64,000 nt of DNA from Alphaproteobacteria bacterium (GTDB lineage Bacteria; Pseudomonadota; Alphaproteobacteria; RF32; CAG-239): NCBI GenBank assembly GCA_017477185.1, contig JAFUXF010000020.1, positions 1,884 through 65,883 of the forward strand, written 5' to 3'. This document shows, piece by piece, positions 28,817 through 40,134 of this stretch. A program made the translations under genes and the position numbers. Position 1 is the first letter of the stretch. Each line of letters begins with the position of its first letter. The notes under the pieces were generated by a model that was not told the origin of the DNA, ran no database searches, and saw only the letters and a list, made by a program, of their open reading frames with translations.

Positions 28817-29077
28817 TTATGCAAAAGTTCGTTGATATATCAGTCTACTTAGCTGTTTCTGTATGTCAGGATAAATTTCTTCTTTATTTAGCCGTAAATA
28901 TAGTGCCAATAACATAGGTATACTCGGTTTGATATTTTTATATTTGATAACACAGAGTATATTTGGATTTTTATTTAAATAACGCAAAGAAAAATCGCGT
29001 AAACTTTTGACATGCCCCTCAGCTATAAGCATCTGAGCCACAGTTAAAATAAAATCAGTTTCAGAATCGAGTTTCAT
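28817..29077 (-). CDS. Small HTH-like DNA-binding protein (DUF6626-like)
   Basis: GHVKSLRDFSLRYLNK...KPSIPMLLALYLRL pattern. Confidence 0.5.
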   Translation of the reverse strand: MKLDSETDFILTVAQMLIAEGHVKSLRDFSLRYLNKNPNILCVIKYKNIKPSIPMLLALYLRLNKEEIYPDIQKQLSRLIYQRTFA

Positions 29078-29104
29078 TGAAATATTATAGGTAATCTGCT
29101 ATAT

Positions 29105-29755
29105 TTATTTATCAAAAATATTCGGAGAAGAAATAAATCGATTTTCAAAACCTCGTTCTTTGGTGATATAATAGAACCATTTATTATCAGTAATTGACTC
29201 AACATATACCGAACCACTACTTTGAACACATTTCCAAAGTGTTTTGACAATTTGCTCTTCATCATAAACATATTCATCTGTTATATCCGCATGTCTTTGA
29301 GTCGTATGAACCGCTAAATGTGCATGAATATTGGTATATGGATGTTCAATGAACCCAATATAACACATTTGTTGGTAATTTCTGGCATTTCTCCCTAGGT
29401 GATAAGAACAAAACAACTTCCACCATTCGTCAATTCGGTTTTGAACAGATTGCAGATTTAATGGATATGATAATTTCTCGTTGTTAAAGTTGAGAGATAT
29501 AGCCAAATTAAACCGAGATTGAAAATGCATTTGTTTTATTGCCTCAATCCAGTATTTTCTTATTGCTTCAACTTCTTTGGTTAGTTGCTCTTCTGTAAAG
29601 TGCTGAACATCAGTAATATTTTTCAGTTCACGCATCAATTCAACCTGTTTGTTTTTTAATTGAGACATCTGCTCATATATATTTTGCCGTTTTATTTCAT
29701 TAGTTTCTACACATTCAGTATTGAATTGTTTAATAAAATCAGTCATTTGTTCCAT
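29105..29755 (-). CDS. HUH endonuclease, rolling-circle Rep-like
   Basis: Motif II GFIE..NIHAHLAV and motif III WFYYITKE. Confidence 0.72.
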   Translation of the reverse strand: MEQMTDFIKQFNTECVETNEIKRQNIYEQMSQLKNKQVELMRELKNITDVQHFTEEQLTKEVEAIRKYWIEAIKQMHFQSRFNLAISLNFNNEKLSYPLNLQSVQNRIDEWWKLFCSYHLGRNARNYQQMCYIGFIEHPYTNIHAHLAVHTTQRHADITDEYVYDEEQIVKTLWKCVQSSGSVYVESITDNKWFYYITKERGFENRFISSPNIFDK

Positions 29756-30025
29756 GTAATCAAGTCCTGTATTTAGATATTATTATAGAAATGCCGTCTT
29801 CTTATCAGCAGATGGCTTAAAATTTTTACGGTGAAGGTCTAAAAGTCCGCTTCACATTATTATTTATTGAAATCTTACTATAAAAATTTAGCACAGCATT
29901 TTAATTACGACAAAATTATTATTTTATGCTGATATATAAAATAATTTTGACTTTTTAAAATTTTGGGAGAATAGCATTTAACACATTGATTTTGAAGGAT
30001 TAAACTGACGTACGTGTTTTTTATG

Positions 30026-30048
30026 TCAGGTTGAACATAGGTTGAACC
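30026..30048 (+). repeat. Integrase arm-type site at the tRNA-proximal end
   Basis: Identical 23-mer TCAGGTTGAACATAGGTTGAACC to 13482-13504. Confidence 0.8.
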
Positions 30049-30068
30049 GAGAGAAATTTTAAAAGAAA

Positions 30069-30096
30069 AATGGGTTAGAGAATCGTCTAACCCATT
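30069..30096 (-). terminator. Island-supplied hairpin downstream of the reconstituted tRNA-fMet
   Basis: AATGGGTTAGA-GAATCG-TCTAACCCATT, followed by a T-tract on the minus strand. Confidence 0.7.
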
Positions 30097-30104
30097 GATT
30101 TTAC

Positions 30105-30181
<77 letters not shown>

Positions 30182-30446
30182 ATACAAAACAGGGGTATTG
30201 TTACGCCTTTTTCTTTTTCTTGTCAACCCCTATTTAGAAAAAAAGTGAAATTGTTATGGCAAACAGAAAAAATACTAAAATTATCCAATGTTTGAGGTTC
30301 ATTTTGTTCCCTGTGTGTTTATATTATCAATATATTTTTATATAGTTATCTTTTTTTATTTAACTATAGAAATTTTTAATATATTATGCTAACACTATTG
30401 CATAGTGTGACAATGTCATTTTTGTTTTGATAAGGGTGTTGTTCTT

Positions 30447-31409
30447 ATGGTTAAAATTAATGAAGTTTATTTTTCGGATATTTATATAACACCGGAAAAA
30501 ATTGCTTATATTCCTGATAATCAGACTGCAAACGGTTTGGAAATTTTTGCTCCGGAAGATTTTGAGCGCTTTTTCCATATGTTGGAAACGACGTATGATG
30601 GTAAAAACAGCAGTTATTCAATTTTGTATGATAAAATCTTATATCGTGTGGAAAGAACAGTCAGTATTTATGGAGTTCAGTATTGTGCACGCAAAATGCC
30701 GAAATCTGTGCCGCCGTTTGCAACATTGGGGTATCCGATAGAAGTTATGCGACACTTATTATCGCTCGCAAATGCTGCAGGTATGATTTTATTGGGCGGA
30801 GCAACGGGTTCCGGTAAAACTACTACAATTTCCAGTTTGTTAAAAGAATATTTGAATATGGAAGGTGGTTTCGCTTATACGATTGAAGATCCGACAGAAA
30901 TGCCTCTTGATGGTGTTTACCATGCGCGTGCCGGTGGTTTGGGACTATGCAAGCAAACAATACCAATCAATAGTGACTGGGGGGCGTCGTTGCGTTCTGC
31001 TTTACGTTCAAAACCTCGTTTTATTATGGTAGGTGAGATTCGTACACCGGAGTGCGCTAATGAGGTCTTGCGTGCCGCGACTTCAGGTCACCTTGTGCTG
31101 GCAACTATTCACGCTAATAATGTGACAGATGCCATTAACTCTGTGGTCAAGTATGCTGCGGCATTTGCAATGTCGGAAGATTTGGCTTTTGACCTGTTTT
31201 CTCGCGGAATGTTGGGAGTTATACACCAATCTTTGGTAGGGGTCACTAAAAAGAGACCACAAATTTCTTATTTGTTTACGAATCCAGATACCACTAAGGG
31301 TGATCAGGTTCGCGGTATTATTAAGAGCGGTAAGCTGAATTTAGGCACATCAATTGAACAACAGATGACCCGTATGGCAAGAGGAATGAATATTTTCCCT
31401 GAGGTTTAG
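30447..31409 (+). CDS. PilT/DotB-like secretion ATPase
   Basis: GATGSGKTT, TIEDPTE, ALRSKPRFIMVGEIR, GHLVLATIHA. Confidence 0.88.
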   Translation: MVKINEVYFSDIYITPEKIAYIPDNQTANGLEIFAPEDFERFFHMLETTYDGKNSSYSILYDKILYRVERTVSIYGVQYCARKMPKSVPPFATLGYPIEVMRHLLSLANAAGMILLGGATGSGKTTTISSLLKEYLNMEGGFAYTIEDPTEMPLDGVYHARAGGLGLCKQTIPINSDWGASLRSALRSKPRFIMVGEIRTPECANEVLRAATSGHLVLATIHANNVTDAINSVVKYAAAFAMSEDLAFDLFSRGMLGVIHQSLVGVTKKRPQISYLFTNPDTTKGDQVRGIIKSGKLNLGTSIEQQMTRMARGMNIFPEV

Positions 31410-31473
31410 TTGATTTTAATATAAATGTAACCTATATTATGACTGAATATAATAGATAGTAAGGAGAGAATAA

Positions 31474-32205
31474 ATGTTAACAAATAGAGAAATAAGCCAG
31501 AGCTCATCGGCTGTTTATGTTGATGAAGGATTGCGTCAATATATGATGCGTGTCTATAATTATATGGCAGGTGGTCTATGTATAACCGGATTGGTGGCGT
31601 TTTTGATTAGAAGTAATCCGACACTGGCAGGTTTGTTTTTTACACTTTCTCCGACGGGAGCGTTTGGCTTATCTGCTTTAGGGTGGTTAGCCTTGTTTTC
31701 TCCGTTTATTATGGTTTTTGCCTTTGGTTGGGTGATTGCACGCGGGTCTTTACGCCAAGTACAAGGGACATTTTGGTTGTTTGCCGCGGTTATGGGAATC
31801 GCGATTATGCCGACGGTGTTTGCTTATACAGGGGCTAGCGTTACGCGAATCTTTTTGATTACGGCAGCGATGTTTGGTGGGATGAGTTTGTATGGTTATA
31901 CAACGCATCGTGATTTGACTTCTATGGGATCTTTTCTGCGCATGGGTGTGTGGGGGATTATTATTGCCATGTTGGTTAATTTCTTTTTGAAAAGCCCAGG
32001 GTTGTATTATGCTTTATCTTTCTTGAGTGTTATTGCATTTACCGGTTTAACAGCTTATGACACACAAACCATTCGGAATATTTATGCTGAGAGTGATACC
32101 GCAGATTCAGCAGGACGAAAAGCTGTTGCAGGTGCGTTGTCTTTATATATGGATTTTATCAATATCTTTCTTGCTTTGTTAAATCTGTTTGGTGATAGAC
32201 GATAG
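31474..32205 (+). CDS. Bax inhibitor-1/YccA family membrane protein
   Basis: DEGLRQYMMRVYNYM, GLTAYDTQ, ALSLYMDFINIF. Confidence 0.93.
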   Translation: MLTNREISQSSSAVYVDEGLRQYMMRVYNYMAGGLCITGLVAFLIRSNPTLAGLFFTLSPTGAFGLSALGWLALFSPFIMVFAFGWVIARGSLRQVQGTFWLFAAVMGIAIMPTVFAYTGASVTRIFLITAAMFGGMSLYGYTTHRDLTSMGSFLRMGVWGIIIAMLVNFFLKSPGLYYALSFLSVIAFTGLTAYDTQTIRNIYAESDTADSAGRKAVAGALSLYMDFINIFLALLNLFGDRR

Positions 32206-32219
32206 AATCGACATTCAGA

Positions 32220-32254
32220 TAAAAGCCTCTTTCGTAAAGAAAGAGGCTTTTTTT
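32220..32254 (+). terminator. Intrinsic terminator
   Basis: AAAAGCCTCTTTC-GTAAA-GAAAGAGGCTTTTTTT. Confidence 0.85.
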
Positions 32255-32346
32255 GTATTACCTAAAAAAAACTCTTGCAAAAAAGATAAATAATATTATA
32301 AAATTTTTTCAAATTATAATAATCGTCAATAAAATTTGTGTCTACT

Positions 32347-32904
32347 ATGATTTACGGACTACTCAAAAATAAAACAACATCAAAAGCTATTTTGAAATAT
32401 ACGGATGTTGTTGTCGATAAATATCTCTTTGGTGAAATGGTTTCGTCGCAATTGTTAAAAAGACTAAAGCCGCATGATACGTTAGTTGTTGCAAATGTTC
32501 AGTATTTAGGAACATCCGTCCATGAGATTATTGAGAGTATGAATATGGCAGCGCAATACGGGGTTAACCTTTATTTAGCAGATGAAAATTTGTCTTTTAA
32601 GGCTGAGAAGTTGCAAGAGATTTCTTCGTCTTTATTACTCGTGTTCAGGTTGTATCAATCGCTTGTTTCCACACGTTCTAAAACCGCTTTGCAAGAAAGG
32701 AAAGCACAAGGCGTTAAACTCGGTCGCCCATTTGGGGCAAATCCGAAATTAAAATTAGATGATTATAGAGAGGATATTAGTCAGATGTGTCTTTCTGGCG
32801 TTTCTATCAAGAAAATAGCTGACAAATATCATGTTTGTTCAGCAACTATCTATAACCTGATGCACAAGTATCCCGAGTTACTTGCCGTAAGGAGAATGTC
32901 ATGA
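32347..32904 (+). CDS. Catalytically degenerate serine-recombinase homolog
   Basis: LKPHDTLVV, RSKTALQERKAQGVKLGRPFG and HTH retained; YxRxS motif replaced by YGLLKN. Confidence 0.75.
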   Translation: MIYGLLKNKTTSKAILKYTDVVVDKYLFGEMVSSQLLKRLKPHDTLVVANVQYLGTSVHEIIESMNMAAQYGVNLYLADENLSFKAEKLQEISSSLLLVFRLYQSLVSTRSKTALQERKAQGVKLGRPFGANPKLKLDDYREDISQMCLSGVSIKKIADKYHVCSATIYNLMHKYPELLAVRRMS

Positions 32905-33914
32905 CTGAACAAAGCAGAAAGCCCCAAATATCTGTGATTATGCCGGTATATAATACTAAGGAAGAGTATTTTAGAGAAGCTATTGAGAGTATTCTTAGGC
33001 AGACATTCAAAAATTTTGAGCTTTTAATTGTTGATGATTGTTCAAAGCCTTATATTGCAGATATTGTTAAATCATATTCAGATCAGAGAATAAAATATTT
33101 TAGATTAAAAGAAAATTCAGGAGCAGCAGAAACCAGGAATTTTGCACTGAAAAAAGCGATGTCACCTTATATCGCATTTATGGATTCAGATGATATTTCT
33201 TATCCGGAACGTTTGCAAAAACAGTATGACTACTTGGAAAAACATCCCGAAATCGGCTGTTTAGGGACAAAGGTTGAAATTGTAGGAGATTCAGCTTTCA
33301 ATATGTGTTTTCCAAAACCAACAAATCATAAAGATATAGAATTGTGGCTTTTATTTGACGGTTGTGTCTTTTGTCAATCGAGCGTTATGGTGAGGAAGGA
33401 GATATTGGATAAAAATAAAATTCAATACAACTCTTATTATGTTCCAACAGAAGATTATGCTTTGTGGTTGGATTTAGTTGGGTTAACTAAATTTGCAGTT
33501 TTAGATGAATGTCTAGGAAAATATCGTTTTTATTCAGAAAATATATCAAACAGGCAAAAAGATAAACAAATTAAAAAAGGAAATGAAGCTAGAATCAAAG
33601 CTATAATCAAATATTTAAGTGTGCATGACTTAAACGAAAATATATGGGATAGATTTTTACAAGAACAAAACCTGACCATTGAGGAGATTAAACATATAAA
33701 TTATATTTTGCCCAAAGTATACAATAAACTTCTTAGTAAAACATATTCCTCACAAGAAATCGGTAAACTATTCAAAAACCATTTTCGTAAACTTTTTTTA
33801 CATACCCATACATTGTATGGACATTTTCTGCTGATAAAGTCGCCTCTTAATAAATATTTTAACATACCATTGAGGTGGCGTTTGTTCTGTTTTATTACAC
33901 GGGGAATATTTTAA
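32901..33914 (+). CDS. Glycosyltransferase family 2
   Basis: [28 protein letters not shown]. Confidence 0.93.
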   Translation: MTEQSRKPQISVIMPVYNTKEEYFREAIESILRQTFKNFELLIVDDCSKPYIADIVKSYSDQRIKYFRLKENSGAAETRNFALKKAMSPYIAFMDSDDISYPERLQKQYDYLEKHPEIGCLGTKVEIVGDSAFNMCFPKPTNHKDIELWLLFDGCVFCQSSVMVRKEILDKNKIQYNSYYVPTEDYALWLDLVGLTKFAVLDECLGKYRFYSENISNRQKDKQIKKGNEARIKAIIKYLSVHDLNENIWDRFLQEQNLTIEEIKHINYILPKVYNKLLSKTYSSQEIGKLFKNHFRKLFLHTHTLYGHFLLIKSPLNKYFNIPLRWRLFCFITRGIF

Positions 33915-34885
33915 TGAAAACGATATTAGTTACCGGAGGAACGGGTTTTTTAGGTTCCAATTTATGCACGCGCTTAATTAATGAGGGGAACAGAGTTATC
34001 TGCGTTGATAACAACTACACCGGTCGGTTGAGCAATATAAGCGGGATAATGAATCATCCGAATTTCCGCTTTATTCAGCACGATATTTGCGAGCCGTTAA
34101 ACGTTAACGATGAGAAAATTGATCAGATTTACAATATGGCTTGTCCGGCTTCTCCTCCGGCATATCAGGGAAGTTACTCGATTAAAACCACTAAAACTTG
34201 CGTGTTCGGGGCAATCAATTTATTGGATTTAGCCAAGAAGCACGGTGCGACAATTTTACAAACCTCAACGTCAGAGATTTATGGTGAGCCGTTAGTTCAT
34301 CCGCAAGTTGAAACCTATCGCGGTAATGTCAATCCAATCGGTATCAGAGCTTGCTATGATGAGGGCAAGCGTTGTGCGGAGAGTTTGTTCTTTGATTATC
34401 ATCGTCATGAGGGTGTTGATATTAAAGTTGTGCGTATTTTTAACACTTATGGTCCGAATATGGACCCGAATGATGGTCGCGTGGTTTCAAATTTTATCTG
34501 CCAAGCATTATCCGGGCAAGATATTACCATTTATGGCGACGGTCATCAAACACGGTCATTCTGTTTTGTAGATGACTTGATAGAAGTTTTAATCCGTATG
34601 ATGAATTCCGAAAAAGGCTTTACTGGACCGGTTAATATCGGTAATCCGGGGGAATTTACCATTAAAGAGTTAGCAGAAATGGTTGTCGCTAAAATCGGCG
34701 GTAGTTCAAAAGTGGTTTATAAAGATTTGCCATCAGATGATCCGACACAGAGAAGGCCGGACATCACTTTGGCAAAAACAAAATTCGGTTGGGAGCCGAA
34801 AATCAAACTCAGTGAGGGTTTAGATAAGACAATCGCATATTTCAAAACACAATTAGATGGAGGTAATTATGGGAGTGCAGCCTAA
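33914..34885 (+). CDS. uxs: UDP-glucuronate decarboxylase (UDP-xylose synthase)
   Basis: [48 protein letters not shown]. Confidence 0.92.
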   Translation: MKTILVTGGTGFLGSNLCTRLINEGNRVICVDNNYTGRLSNISGIMNHPNFRFIQHDICEPLNVNDEKIDQIYNMACPASPPAYQGSYSIKTTKTCVFGAINLLDLAKKHGATILQTSTSEIYGEPLVHPQVETYRGNVNPIGIRACYDEGKRCAESLFFDYHRHEGVDIKVVRIFNTYGPNMDPNDGRVVSNFICQALSGQDITIYGDGHQTRSFCFVDDLIEVLIRMMNSEKGFTGPVNIGNPGEFTIKELAEMVVAKIGGSSKVVYKDLPSDDPTQRRPDITLAKTKFGWEPKIKLSEGLDKTIAYFKTQLDGGNYGSAA

Positions 34886-36758
34886 ATTTTCAATTATTAT
34901 TCCTGTCTATAATGCAGAAAAGTATTTACCAAAGTGTATAGATTCTTTAATTAAGCAAACATTTAAAAAGTTTGAAATTATTTGTATAAATGACGGGTCT
35001 AGCGATAAATCTTTAAATATTCTCAAAAGATATGCTACTAATGATACAAGGATAAAAATTTTTACACAAAAAAATTCCGGTCCTGCTGTGGCGAGAAATT
35101 TAGGCTTAGAAAAAGCTCAAGGTAAATATCTTTGGTTTATAGATGCTGATGATTGGATAGAAGAAAAGGCATGTGAAATTTTAAATAATATCATAAATAA
35201 AAATTCTCCAGACATTACAATATTTGCATCTAATGTTTATAATACGCAATCAAAGGAATTTATACATGATAAAAATAGAAGCCTTATGGATATCTCAGAT
35301 AAATATATAGAAAAGAAAATAAATCTTGATTCTTTTCCTAATATTTTTGACTATATACCGACTGAAGCATGGAATAAAATATATAAGAGTGATTTTATAA
35401 AAAATAATGAAATCTTATTTAATAAAAACATATATGGAATGGATGATGGATTATTTACTGAAGAAACTGTAATAAAGTCATCTTCATTATATATAACGAA
35501 GAATGCATTATATAACTATAGAGTCTCAAATGCAAATAGTATTGTGCACTATCTTCTTAATTTAAATTTGAAGAATTACAATACAACAATAGAATATTCT
35601 AAATTAACATTTAAAATGATAAAGCCTTTGTCATTAAGTATAGATGTTATAAATTCTTTGTGTTTTAAAAATATATGCAGGATGTTATACTACGCAAGTA
35701 GAGCTCATGGATATGTTAGAATCCTTTATATATATCATATGAAAAAACATGTAAAAGCAATGCTAAAATGCTATCCATTTTTAAAAGACAATAAAGAATT
35801 AATGATTAAAATAAAAAAAATTTTTGACAGTAAAATAAATTTACTTAGTAATATCAAATGGTTCCTCTATAGAAAGGAAAATATTTCACAGTTAGTTGAT
35901 TTTTATAACGTTTCCAAAACTAAATATTATTTTATGGGAAAATGCTTTTTGAAAAAAAGTAAACGGGAAATAAATTTAATAGCTTTTCAGAATTCAATTA
36001 TTACCAAATGCCAAAGATCAATAAATGCAGCTTATACAAATAACCAAACATTTTCTGAATTTAAAAATTGTCACAATAAAAAAACAATAGTTCTTGTGGG
36101 GGCGGGACCAACGGTAGGTCAGTTTTCTCCAATAAAGAATTCAATTTATGTTGCTTGTAATCGTGCAATTTTATTAGATTCCGTTACGTTTGATTATATT
36201 TTTGCCATAGATAAAATAGGTTTAGATGCAATTAGCAAAGAGCTAATTCATTATAAGAATGAAAAATGTATAAAATTCATTGGTGATATTAATTATGGTA
36301 TTAAGTATCAAATTCCAGAAGATTTTCGGTTGTTATGCAATTCTCGTCCTTATAAAACAACTTGTGGAATGGTGTCATCAAAATTTTCCCTAGATATAGA
36401 CAAAGAACCATTAGGATCTTTTCATAGTGTTGCATTTCAAGCAATGCAGTTTATTTTATTTACCAATCCTCAAAAAGTATATCTTGTTGGAATGGATTGT
36501 TCTTCTAACGGAGCTCATTTTGCAGGAAAAGAACATTTTGTATCAGATAGAGGTGAAGATATAAAAAATTTAGAAAAATTACAAATTAATGATTGGAAGT
36601 TATTAAAACAATTTCAAGAAACCTATTATCCCAATGTAGAAATCATTTCAGTAAATCCTGTTGGACTAAGAGGAGTATTTAAGGATGTATATACAAAAGC
36701 TTATTTAAGAGAACATCCGGAAATGAATAAAAATACAGTAGAAATTTTAAAGGAATAA
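34869..36758 (+). CDS. GT2 fused to a Maf/DUF115-like (ulosonic-acid-transferase-like) domain
   Basis: N-terminal [15 protein letters not shown]; C-terminal [29 protein letters not shown]. Confidence 0.8.
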   Translation: MGVQPKFSIIIPVYNAEKYLPKCIDSLIKQTFKKFEIICINDGSSDKSLNILKRYATNDTRIKIFTQKNSGPAVARNLGLEKAQGKYLWFIDADDWIEEKACEILNNIINKNSPDITIFASNVYNTQSKEFIHDKNRSLMDISDKYIEKKINLDSFPNIFDYIPTEAWNKIYKSDFIKNNEILFNKNIYGMDDGLFTEETVIKSSSLYITKNALYNYRVSNANSIVHYLLNLNLKNYNTTIEYSKLTFKMIKPLSLSIDVINSLCFKNICRMLYYASRAHGYVRILYIYHMKKHVKAMLKCYPFLKDNKELMIKIKKIFDSKINLLSNIKWFLYRKENISQLVDFYNVSKTKYYFMGKCFLKKSKREINLIAFQNSIITKCQRSINAAYTNNQTFSEFKNCHNKKTIVLVGAGPTVGQFSPIKNSIYVACNRAILLDSVTFDYIFAIDKIGLDAISKELIHYKNEKCIKFIGDINYGIKYQIPEDFRLLCNSRPYKTTCGMVSSKFSLDIDKEPLGSFHSVAFQAMQFILFTNPQKVYLVGMDCSSNGAHFAGKEHFVSDRGEDIKNLEKLQINDWKLLKQFQETYYPNVEIISVNPVGLRGVFKDVYTKAYLREHPEMNKNTVEILKE

Positions 36759-36762
36759 TAAA

Positions 36763-38079
36763 ATGAAAGTTTATGCATTCGTTCCAGCAAAAGGGACTAG
36801 TGAGCGAGTTGAAAATAAAAATATGCGTTTTTTAGATGGAGAACGCTTATTTATACGGGCTTTAAAAACATTATTGAAGTGCAAGGAAATAGATAGAGTT
36901 TTCCTAGATACAGAATCAGAAGAAATGTATAAGCTAGCAGATTATCTGCCTATTACATTTATGAAAAGAGATGCTTCATTAGCAAATAATAAAACGGATG
37001 GACATAAAATGTTTATGAATGAAGTTAATTCATTTCCTGAAGCAGATATTTATGTTCAATTGTTATGTACATCTCCTTTTATACATCCAAAAACAATTGA
37101 TAATGCTATTAAAGAATTAAAAAATAATTCAGAATATGATTCTGCTATTTTGATGAAAAAAGATAAGTATTATTTTTGGAAAGATGGGCGACCAACTTAT
37201 GATATTAGCCATATTCCAAACTCTAAAGATTTGTCTGAGACAATTATTGAGTCTATGGGTTTGTATATACATAAAAAAGAAAGTGCTTTAAAATTAAATC
37301 GTCGTTATGGTAATAACCCTTTATTAGTTTATGGTAATTTGGAAGAGTTAATAGATGTAAATACTCCAGAGGATTTGCAATTTGCTGAAGTATATGCCAA
37401 GGGTAAAAGAAATGAAGAAAATAAAAAATTACGATTAATAAAGCATTTTGTTTCTTCTCCAGCCTTATCTGATTTATTAGATGATATGAAATTAGAAAAA
37501 GGAAAAGTTTGTGGAGCTGTGCTAAATAAATTTGTTTGCAATCTTACAGGTTGTAAATTATTGGGGCGTGCTAATACTTTAAAATTGCGAAAATTGAATG
37601 AAAATGAGGATTTTAGAGGCATTTATGGGGCTTTATCTTCCTATGAAGGAATTGCGGAAAATGATATTATTATCGTTGAAAATGAAGTTGGTGATTATGC
37701 TTATTTTGGAGATTTGAATACAAGGTTAGCTATTCAAAGTGGAGCTTCTGGTGCTATTATAAATGGTGCAACTAGAGATAAAAATGCTACAAAAGAACTA
37801 AATTTTCCCGTTTTTGCTAAAGGTTATAATGCTACAGATGTTAGAAGAAGAGCAACTTTAGAATATATTAATAAACCTATAAAAATAGATGGAGTAATTA
37901 TAAATCCTGGAGATTTAATTTTTGCTGATGAATGTGCCGTTGTTGTTATTTACCAAAAGTATGAAGATGAGGTTATTTCAAGGGTGCTAGATATATTTAA
38001 GAATGAAAAAGATATTGTAAATGATATATTGCAAAAAAAACATATTAAGCGAATAATAGAAGAAAGAGGAAATTTTTAG
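36763..38079 (+). CDS. CMP-ulosonate cytidylyltransferase fused to an RraA/HMG-aldolase-like domain
   Basis: PAKGTSERVENKN, CTSPF, IDVNTPED; SPALSDLL, AYFGDL, INGATRD, INPGDLIFADE. Confidence 0.85.
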   Translation: MKVYAFVPAKGTSERVENKNMRFLDGERLFIRALKTLLKCKEIDRVFLDTESEEMYKLADYLPITFMKRDASLANNKTDGHKMFMNEVNSFPEADIYVQLLCTSPFIHPKTIDNAIKELKNNSEYDSAILMKKDKYYFWKDGRPTYDISHIPNSKDLSETIIESMGLYIHKKESALKLNRRYGNNPLLVYGNLEELIDVNTPEDLQFAEVYAKGKRNEENKKLRLIKHFVSSPALSDLLDDMKLEKGKVCGAVLNKFVCNLTGCKLLGRANTLKLRKLNENEDFRGIYGALSSYEGIAENDIIIVENEVGDYAYFGDLNTRLAIQSGASGAIINGATRDKNATKELNFPVFAKGYNATDVRRRATLEYINKPIKIDGVIINPGDLIFADECAVVVIYQKYEDEVISRVLDIFKNEKDIVNDILQKKHIKRIIEERGNF

Positions 38080-38277
38080 GGGTTAGTTTTTATTATGGCA
38101 TTAATTTTTTCTATAATAGCACTTAAGTTTCTGTCATTTTAATAAGATTTATTGCTATAGAAGTATTTTTATGGTTTTATATTTTTTCCAAAATAAATCT
38201 GTTCTTAGTAACTAAACCTTAATTTATTTTTTTTATACTCGAGGTAAATGAGAAATTTAAATGGAGTATAAGTAATC

Positions 38278-39984
38278 ATGTCAATCAAAATAGCCATTCC
38301 GGAAAGTAATGTTATGCATCTTAAACCAAGAATCTCGGTTATTGGTGTCGGTGGCGGCGGTGGTAATGCCGTTAATAATATGATTGAACAGAACCTCGAA
38401 GGGGTTGATTTTATTGTTGCAAATACGGATGCTCAGGCGTTGGCTAATTCTAAAGCATCTCGAAAAATTCAGCTCGGTTTGGAAACAACGCAAGGCTTGG
38501 GTGCCGGTGCCAGACCGGAAGTCGGACGTATGGCAGCAGAAGAGGCTGAGGCTGAGATTGAAAAAGAATTAGAAGGTGCCAATATGGTGTTTATTACTGC
38601 CGGAATGGGCGGCGGTACGGGATCCGGCGCTGCACCTGTCGTCGCCAGAATTGCAAAATCTAAAGGGATTTTAACAGTCGGTGTCGTTACTAAGCCGTTT
38701 CAATTTGAAGGTAAAAAACGGATGGAAACGGCTAATTGTGCCGTTGAGGATTTTACAAATTCAGTTGACAGTATCATCATTATTCCTAACCAAAATTTGT
38801 TTCGGGTGGCTGATAAGCAAACGACATTGGCAGATGCTTTTATCATGGCGGATAACGTGCTTTATGCCGGTGTTCGTTCTATCACTGATTTGATGCTAAT
38901 GCCGGGGCTGATAAACCTTGATTTTGCTGATATCAAAAGCATTATGGAAGATAAGGGAAAAGCTATCATGGGAACAGGGGAGGCTGAAGGCGAAAATCGT
39001 GCTGTTAAAGCCGCCGAGCAGGCCTTGTCCAACCCGCTTTTAGATGATTGTTCAATGCATGGCGCAAAAGGGGTGCTGATTAATATTACCGGTGGTTCAG
39101 ATATTACCTTGTTTGAAATTGATGAAGCTGCAAGCCGCATTAAAGAAGAAGTTGATGATGATGCAAATATTATTTTCGGTTCCAGCTTTGATGAATCTCT
39201 TGCCGAAAAAATTCGTGTTTCTATTGTTGCAACCGGAATCGGAGCTGCTGTTCGTCCGGCAATTAAGGCTCCGGAGAAAAAAGTTCATGTCGATTATATT
39301 GAGGAAAGTTTTGCTCCGGAATCTGAAAATTCAGATACTCAACCTTTAAGTGTCGCAGCAGAGAGCGTTGCTCCTGTTGTCGTTGCTGAGGATATTAAGT
39401 TTGAAGAGGCTGAATCAGAGACATCAGAAGCAAAAGATGTTGTGGAAGATAAAAATGAAACAGAAGAAAGTGCAGAACAAGATATTCCGCAGGAGCAACC
39501 GGTTTTACAAGCCGCTGCCGGAGATGAAATGTTTACAGAAGTTGAGAATGTCGATAATTCTACCATTATTGGCGAATTACCGCAAGCATCTTCTTTGTTT
39601 AAGGCTATTCTGGATAAAAATGCGGATATTAATGTAGAAGCACAAATGCAGGATATTTTATCTGCAAATTCTAATTCTTTTAGTGCTAAAACCAGTGTAA
39701 AGCATGTAGAGGAAGAGCCGGAATTGTTCCCAAACCATAATCCGCATCCGTCTGTGTTTGCACCGCGCCGTGTTGAAGAACCCGAGCAGTTAATTGTTGA
39801 AAAAAATGAAGAATACAGGCCGACTTTAATTGAGCGAGTTACCGGTATTTCGATTGCTAAAAGAGCTCGGAAAAAAGCAGAGAAGGAAGAAACCATGCGT
39901 CAGGCAGAAACGCCTTCTTTTGATAATAATTATGAGGATGAAAAGCTGAATTTGGATATTCCTTCTTTCTTAAGACGCAAATAA
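38278..39984 (+). CDS. ftsZ: Cell division protein FtsZ (long acidic linker)
   Basis: [29 protein letters not shown]-terminal LDIPSFLRR. Confidence 0.98.
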   Translation: MSIKIAIPESNVMHLKPRISVIGVGGGGGNAVNNMIEQNLEGVDFIVANTDAQALANSKASRKIQLGLETTQGLGAGARPEVGRMAAEEAEAEIEKELEGANMVFITAGMGGGTGSGAAPVVARIAKSKGILTVGVVTKPFQFEGKKRMETANCAVEDFTNSVDSIIIIPNQNLFRVADKQTTLADAFIMADNVLYAGVRSITDLMLMPGLINLDFADIKSIMEDKGKAIMGTGEAEGENRAVKAAEQALSNPLLDDCSMHGAKGVLINITGGSDITLFEIDEAASRIKEEVDDDANIIFGSSFDESLAEKIRVSIVATGIGAAVRPAIKAPEKKVHVDYIEESFAPESENSDTQPLSVAAESVAPVVVAEDIKFEEAESETSEAKDVVEDKNETEESAEQDIPQEQPVLQAAAGDEMFTEVENVDNSTIIGELPQASSLFKAILDKNADINVEAQMQDILSANSNSFSAKTSVKHVEEEPELFPNHNPHPSVFAPRRVEEPEQLIVEKNEEYRPTLIERVTGISIAKRARKKAEKEETMRQAETPSFDNNYEDEKLNLDIPSFLRRK

Positions 39985-40002
39985 ATAAGAATTTAGTCGA
40001 TG

Positions 40003-40032
40003 AAAAATCCCCGCAATTGCGGGGATTTTTTT
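40003..40032 (+). terminator. Intrinsic terminator
   Basis: AAAAATCCCCGC-AATT-GCGGGGATTTTTTT. Confidence 0.88.
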
Positions 40033-40134
40033 GATAGAAAAGATGTTTTTTTATTTAACAAGAAAAGTTGACAAAAAAATGAAATTATGTCATAATAAAA
40101 CATATTTTGAAACTTATAATTTAGGAGAAATTTT

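Noticed and set aside
38208-38222. CtrA box upstream of ftsZ (GTAA-N7-TTAA)
   Set aside because: An imperfect match in very AT-rich DNA, indistinguishable from chance.
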